Shown in pieces: positions 59,885-64,000 of a stretch of DNA of 64,000 nt. Both the position numbers and the translations under genes were made by a program. The stretch covers positions 558,001 through 622,000 of the forward strand of contig JASTWF010000123.1 of NCBI GenBank assembly GCA_030390025.1, written 5' to 3'. Within the stretch, counting starts at the first letter, position 1. Each line of letters opens with the position of its first letter. The notes under the pieces are model-generated. The model made no database searches and was not told the origin of the DNA. It saw nothing but the letters and a program-made list of their open reading frames with translations. Source of the DNA: Squalus acanthias. Its lineage: Eukaryota.

Positions 59885-62065
59885 GAACATAGGAACAGGA
59901 GGAGGCCATTTCGCCCCCTCGAGCCTGATCCACCATTCAATGAGATCATGGCTGATCTGTGACCTAACTCCAGATACCTGCCTTTGCCCCATATCCCTGA
60001 ATACCTTCGGTTAATAGAAATCTATCAATCTCAGATTTAAAATTAACAATTGATCTGGCATCGATTGCCGTTTGTGGAAGAGAGTTCCAAACTTCTACCA
60101 CCCTTTGTGTGTAGAAGTGTTTCCTAACTTCACTCCTGAAAGGTCTGGCTCTGATTTTTAGACCATGTCCCCTAGTTCTAGAATCCCCAACCAGTGGAAA
60201 TAGTTTCTCTCTATCTACCCTATCTGTTCCCCTTAATATCCTGAAAACTTCAATCAAATCACCCCTTAACCTTCTAAATTCCAGGGAATACAACCCTAGT
60301 TTGTGTAATCTCTCCGCGTAACTTAACCCTTGGAGTCCGGGTATCATTCTGGTAAATCTACGCTGCACTCCCTCTAAGGGAGGGCTCAGGGGGAAATTAC
60401 AATACAAATAGTACAAATAGTAGTTCAAAAACAAATGAAAGGGAAGAGAGTAGAGTAGCTGTCAGAAATTGTACTTTCGGCACTACAGGTAAAGGCAAAA
60501 CTAAAAGATGTAAAGCGATTAAACCAGGAGAGAGAAATAAGAATCATGTGAATAAAGCATCAGAGCTAAAGGACAGGCTAGGGTGCGTGGCCCAAATAAG
60601 TGTTCTTTATACAAACGCACGGAGTATAAGGAATAAATTGAATGAACTGCAGGCACGAATTCAAATTGGAGGGTTTGACATGGTAGCCATTACTGAGACA
60701 TGGCTGCAAGACAGTCAGGACTGGGAACTAAATATACCAGGTTATAAGGTCTACACGATAGATAGGGAAAATGGCAGAGGGGGAGGAGTAGCCTTACTGA
60801 TTAGGGATGAAATCACTTCAATGATAAAAGAGGATTTAAAGAGAGGTAAGCAGCCAGTGGAGACCTTATGGGTTGAATTAAGAAATAGGAAAGGATCTAA
60901 GACTGTAGTGGGAGTTGTGTATAGGCCCCCTGGTAGTAGCTCTGAAGTGCTAGATTGTATAAATGCAGAGATCAGGCAAGCGTGTAGTAAAGGCAGAGTG
61001 GTTTTAATGGGGGATTTTAACTTTCATATTGATTGGGAAAAGCAGACTAGCACCTGTCAGAAAGGTAGTGAATTTCTGAGTGTGTCCGGGATAGTTTTCT
61101 ACAACAATATGTTCTAGAGGCAACAAGGGGGCAAGCCATATTAGATTTAGTAATGAGCCAGATTTAGTTAACAGCCTAACTGTGTGTGAACATTTATCCA
61201 ATAGCGATCATAACATGATCGAGTTCAAAGTAGCGTTTGAAAGGGAGAAGCGTGAAACAGCTACTGAGATTCTAGATTTAGGTAAGGTCGACTTCAACGG
61301 GATTCGGCAGAGACTGTCCGCAGTAAACTGGGCAAATCTGTTCATGGGTAAAACGAAAGAAGATCAGTGGGAGATGATTAAAAAATAATTTAACGAAATA
61401 CAGAACCAGTTTATACCCCTGAGGGGCAAGAGCTCAACTTGCCAAAAAAAACAGCTATGGACAACTAAAGAGGTCAGGGACAGCATAAAACTAAAGGAAA
61501 GGGCAGACAAAAACATAAAAATAGCACAGATCCTGGCGAATGGGAGAGATACAAAGAACAGCAAAGGGTCACAAAACAGATAGTGAGAGCTACAAAAAGG
61601 GAGTATGAAAAGAAACTTGCAAGGGATATCAAAATCAACACACAGAATTTTTACAATTACATTTGGAAAAAGAGGGTAGTCAGGAGCAATGTTGGCCCCT
61701 TAAAAACTGAAAGTGGTGATATTGTCAATGACAATGGGGAAATGGCGGACTTGTTGAATAATTACTTTGCATCAGTATTTACAGTAGAAGAGGACAGCAT
61801 GCCGGAAATCCCAAAGAAACCAATATTGAATCGGGGACAGGGACTCAATAAAATTAACATAGGTAAAATAAAAGTAATAAAGAAAATAATGGCACTAAAG
61901 AGTGACAAATCCCCAGGACCAGATGGTTTCCATCCCAGGGTTTTAAAGGAAGTAGGTGAGAACATTGCAGATGCCCTAACTATAATCTTCCAAAGTTCTC
62001 TCGATTCAGGAACAGGTGAATGTCGATGGATGTTATTTATATGGACTTCCAAAAGGCATTTGATC
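59885..62065. mobile_element. CR1 fragments in opposite orientation (3' end on minus 59885-60375; EN/linker on plus ~60376-62065)
   Basis: ORFs 59964-60434 (-), 60548-61117 (+) and the CR1 part of 61583-62872 (+). Confidence 0.88.
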
Positions 62066-62319
62066 TGGACTGAATTGGAGTTATTGAGGTTAATTAACCT
62101 ATTAAAACCAGACTTTTATTGTGGCCACGGTGAAATTCTGGTTGGTGTAAATTTGTGTGGACCTGCTAAACACAGGCAAAATGAAGGCTGTATCAGACAG
62201 AAGGAGGGCGGCTTGGGAAGCAGTATTGATACCCAAATACAAATCAGTCTAGATTATAAGGGAACACAGAGTCAACCCCGCAGAGGGAATGCTATCGGAG
62301 GGTGGGGCACACGATTGTC

Positions 62320-64000
62320 AGTAATCGAAGAAGAGGTCAGAGGAACCGTATCAGAATCGCCCCTTGAAAATCCCCAAAACACCTTTTATGTAGATGGATC
62401 TCGCCGATATATAAATGGGGAGCCACACACTGGTTGGGCAGTAGTATCCGAGAACGGAGAAACAGTCGCAAAGGGAGGGCTTGAAGGAGGAACCTCAGCG
62501 CAGGTAGCAGAACTAGTGGCTCTCACGGAAGCATTGAAATTGGCAAAAGGAAAACGAGTAAATATATACACAGACAGTAGATATGCGTTTGGGGTAGTGC
62601 ATGATTATATGATAGCGTGGAATAGGAGAGGATATGTAACCTCCGGAGGAGGACAAATACAGCATGAGGAGGTAGTGAGAGACCTAGTAGAAGCGGTAAA
62701 AGGAGCAGAAGAGGTAGCAGTGATTAAAATAAAGGCACACCGTAAGATAGTGAGCGAGCAACAAAAAGGAAATATGCTAGCTGATCAGGCAGCAAGAGCA
62801 GTGGCGGACACAGAGATGCCTACACCAATAGCAGTAGGTAGAATAACAGTAGAGGGAAGAAATACTGTTTAGTGATCATAGACCAGTTTACAAGGTGGGT
62901 GGAAGCATTCCCCACCAGAGACTGTAGTGCTCAGACTGTGGCCCGAATATTTGCATACGACGTGATACGAGATGGGGGGTTCCGTTGCAAATAGATTCAG
63001 ATCAAGGTACCCACTTTATGGGAAAGGTAATGAAAGAAGCTTGTAAGTTACTGGGAGTAAGACAGAAGTTCCATATCCCCTATCATCCGCAAAGCTCAGG
63101 CATGGTAGAGCGAATGAACAGAACCCTGAAAACAGCCTTAAGTAAGGCCATAGCCGAAACCGGACAGGGATGGGTGGATGTCCTTCCGTGTATCCTGATG
63201 AGGCTGAGAGCCACCCCAAACAGGGTGACCGGACTGACACCATATGAACTCATGACTGGACGAGCAATGTGTCTGCCGGAAGGAGTAGCATCTGGTAGCG
63301 AGGGACTAGGACCCTTAAAAGATAAAATTAGGAAATACGTACAAACATTGGATAATCAATTGAAGGAGCTCAAACAAGAAATTAAAGAACAACAAGACAT
63401 CAGAGATAAAATTACACAAAAGCAGGGGGCCTCGGAGCCCCTACCCAAGGTGGGCGAGCAGGTATTTGTTAAAATATTGCCAGAGAGATCGGGATTCTCA
63501 CCTAGATGGACTGGACCATTTGAGGTTATCATGACCAGTGATACGTGCGCATGTATAGATATGAGGGGAAAAGGGAGATGGAAACATTGGACCCAATTAA
63601 AACGATAAAGCAATAACCCACCTGATCTTAAATCCCACAGGAACAATGGAATAAACACCGGAGATAAACTAACCTCTGGTGACGACCAGGCTTCTGCTTA
63701 ATTTACAGGGAAACTTCACCATGAAGGTGGGATTACTGCTGGGAATCGTATGCAGCACGAAATAAGCGAAGGGACATCCCACATTACACGACAAGTACAT
63801 GATGAGGAAGCACCATGTTTTAATGGAACAATCACATTCGGAGTCTCATCCACGGCTCCCAATATACAGAAAGAAGAGACAAACGAACTGAGGATGCTAC
63901 AATGTCCAGATATGAAACCTGGACCTATGAATGGACTAGTATTACTTACCGAGGGAGAACAATTGTATGATAACGTGAGACACGAAATTGTACCGGTGCT
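62320..64000 (+). mobile_element. Endogenous retrovirus fragment: RNase H, partial integrase, start of env-like gene
   Basis: FYVDGS...SAQVAELVAL...NIYTDSRYAF...KAH...GN.LAD; IDQFTRWVEAFP, IDSDQGTHF, PYHPQSSGMVERMNRTLK and GPF; splice acceptor then an ATG at 63721 with a hydrophobic leader. Confidence 0.9.

Noticed and set aside
61583-62872. 429-aa ORF as a novel LINE-retrovirus fusion protein
   Set aside because: Chance in-frame concatenation of a CR1 fragment, unrelated filler and a retroviral RNase H; no credible start or domain logic.
17700-64000. Additional V segments or a second Ig cluster
   Set aside because: No further YYC plus RSS, leader or C-domain signatures were found by eye; a highly decayed remnant cannot be excluded.

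Overview
Vertebrate genomic DNA from a cartilaginous fish (shark). The left 17.7 kb holds, on the minus strand, one immunoglobulin heavy-chain cluster of the IgW class in germline (unrearranged) layout: promoter, leader, V(23-RSS), D1(12/23), D2(12/12), J(23), an 8 kb intron, CH1, CH2, a Cys-rich short secretory-tail exon missed by the ORF track, CH3 and CH4. The gene continues beyond the window start. The V exon carries a +1 and a -1 indel with a stop between them, so it is either a pseudogene or an assembly artefact. The remaining ~46 kb is almost all repetitive: many CR1-clade LINEs (one nearly complete), L2 and other LINE tails, DeuSINE- and V-SINE-like SINEs, a PIF/Harbinger transposon with related MITEs, Penelope fragments carrying hammerhead ribozyme motifs, an endogenous retrovirus pol/env fragment, and minisatellites with 29, 67, 76, 57, 49 and 35 bp units. 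The most unusual signals are a 49-bp tandem array whose unit contains a near-consensus 12-spacer RSS, a possible second secretory-tail exon, and an unexplained inverted duplicated segment capped at each distal end by a minisatellite. All calls are by eye; no searches were run, and repeat boundaries are approximate.
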